From: Amoebidium appalachense
Taxonomy: Eukaryota; Protista; Ichthyosporea
Direction: 5' to 3'
Assembly: GCA_963693365.1 (NCBI GenBank)
Contig: CAVNZM010000001.1
Location: 8,014,907 to 8,078,906, forward strand
DNA: 64,000 nt
This document shows positions 55,450-64,000 of the stretch, one piece after another (positions within the stretch are counted from its first letter, which is position 1; each line of letters begins with the position of its first letter). Position numbers and translations under genes: made by a program. The notes beneath the pieces are model-generated. The model was not told the origin of the DNA. It saw only the letters and a list, made by a program, of their open reading frames with translations, and made no database searches.

Positions 55450-55569
55450 CATGTGAATTTCAGAGCTTGGAAAGGACAGGGGGAGCAAGAGCAAAACACC
55501 CGTTCACATGAGTCTCCCCATTCCACGTGCAAAACTCCCCTACTCTGCAATATATGAGAGCAAATACAT

Positions 55570-63738
<8,169 letters not shown>

Positions 63739-64000
63739 GTTGCAATTTAGAGACGGGTGTTTCGACACCCCAAAACTAACAAGCTTTGAACGGTATCTTT
63801 TACTGTATTTAGTATTTCCAAACCGACCAATTATAGAACTGGTGTTACTATGATGGCTGTCGTTATAACATGTCCTTGCTGTGCTGATTGTGTGACTAGA
63901 CTTTTGAGGCCTTACAGCACCTTTATAGGTGTACCCAACGCTGGCGCCAAGAGTGACACGGTTAGCAAGAAAATAGAGGTTGTGCTCCAGCCGAAGCAAA

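Overview
Intron-rich eukaryotic DNA. Most introns and spacers are filled with poly-C/poly-G runs and (CA)n/(GA)n microsatellites, which generate nearly all ORFs in the supplied track, so those ORFs are spurious. Manual splicing on GT-AG junctions with consistent phases gives four multi-exon genes: an 11-exon fold-type I PLP aminotransferase (2639-12504, +), a beta-lactamase-family serine hydrolase (22327-28821, +, 5' end uncertain), a 13-exon secreted protein with 5 PAN/apple-like and 4 Cna-B/SdrD-B-like domains and only phase-1 introns (33427-44693, +), and a 10-exon HAD-like protein (55570-63738, -). There are also three intronless genes: an inverted, tail-to-tail pair of FABP/iLBP-like genes and a GH114 hydrolase with a frameshift in its signal peptide. 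A 5'-truncated non-LTR retrotransposon with a poly-A tail is present. The most unusual non-genic signals are a ~100-bp dispersed repeat that always sits inside poly-C tracts, intronic minisatellites built from copies of the intron's own splice junction, and clusters of GC-rich hairpins. The organism cannot be established from this window; a unicellular eukaryote, possibly a holozoan protist, is only an inference. All family assignments are from motif recognition by eye, not database searches.
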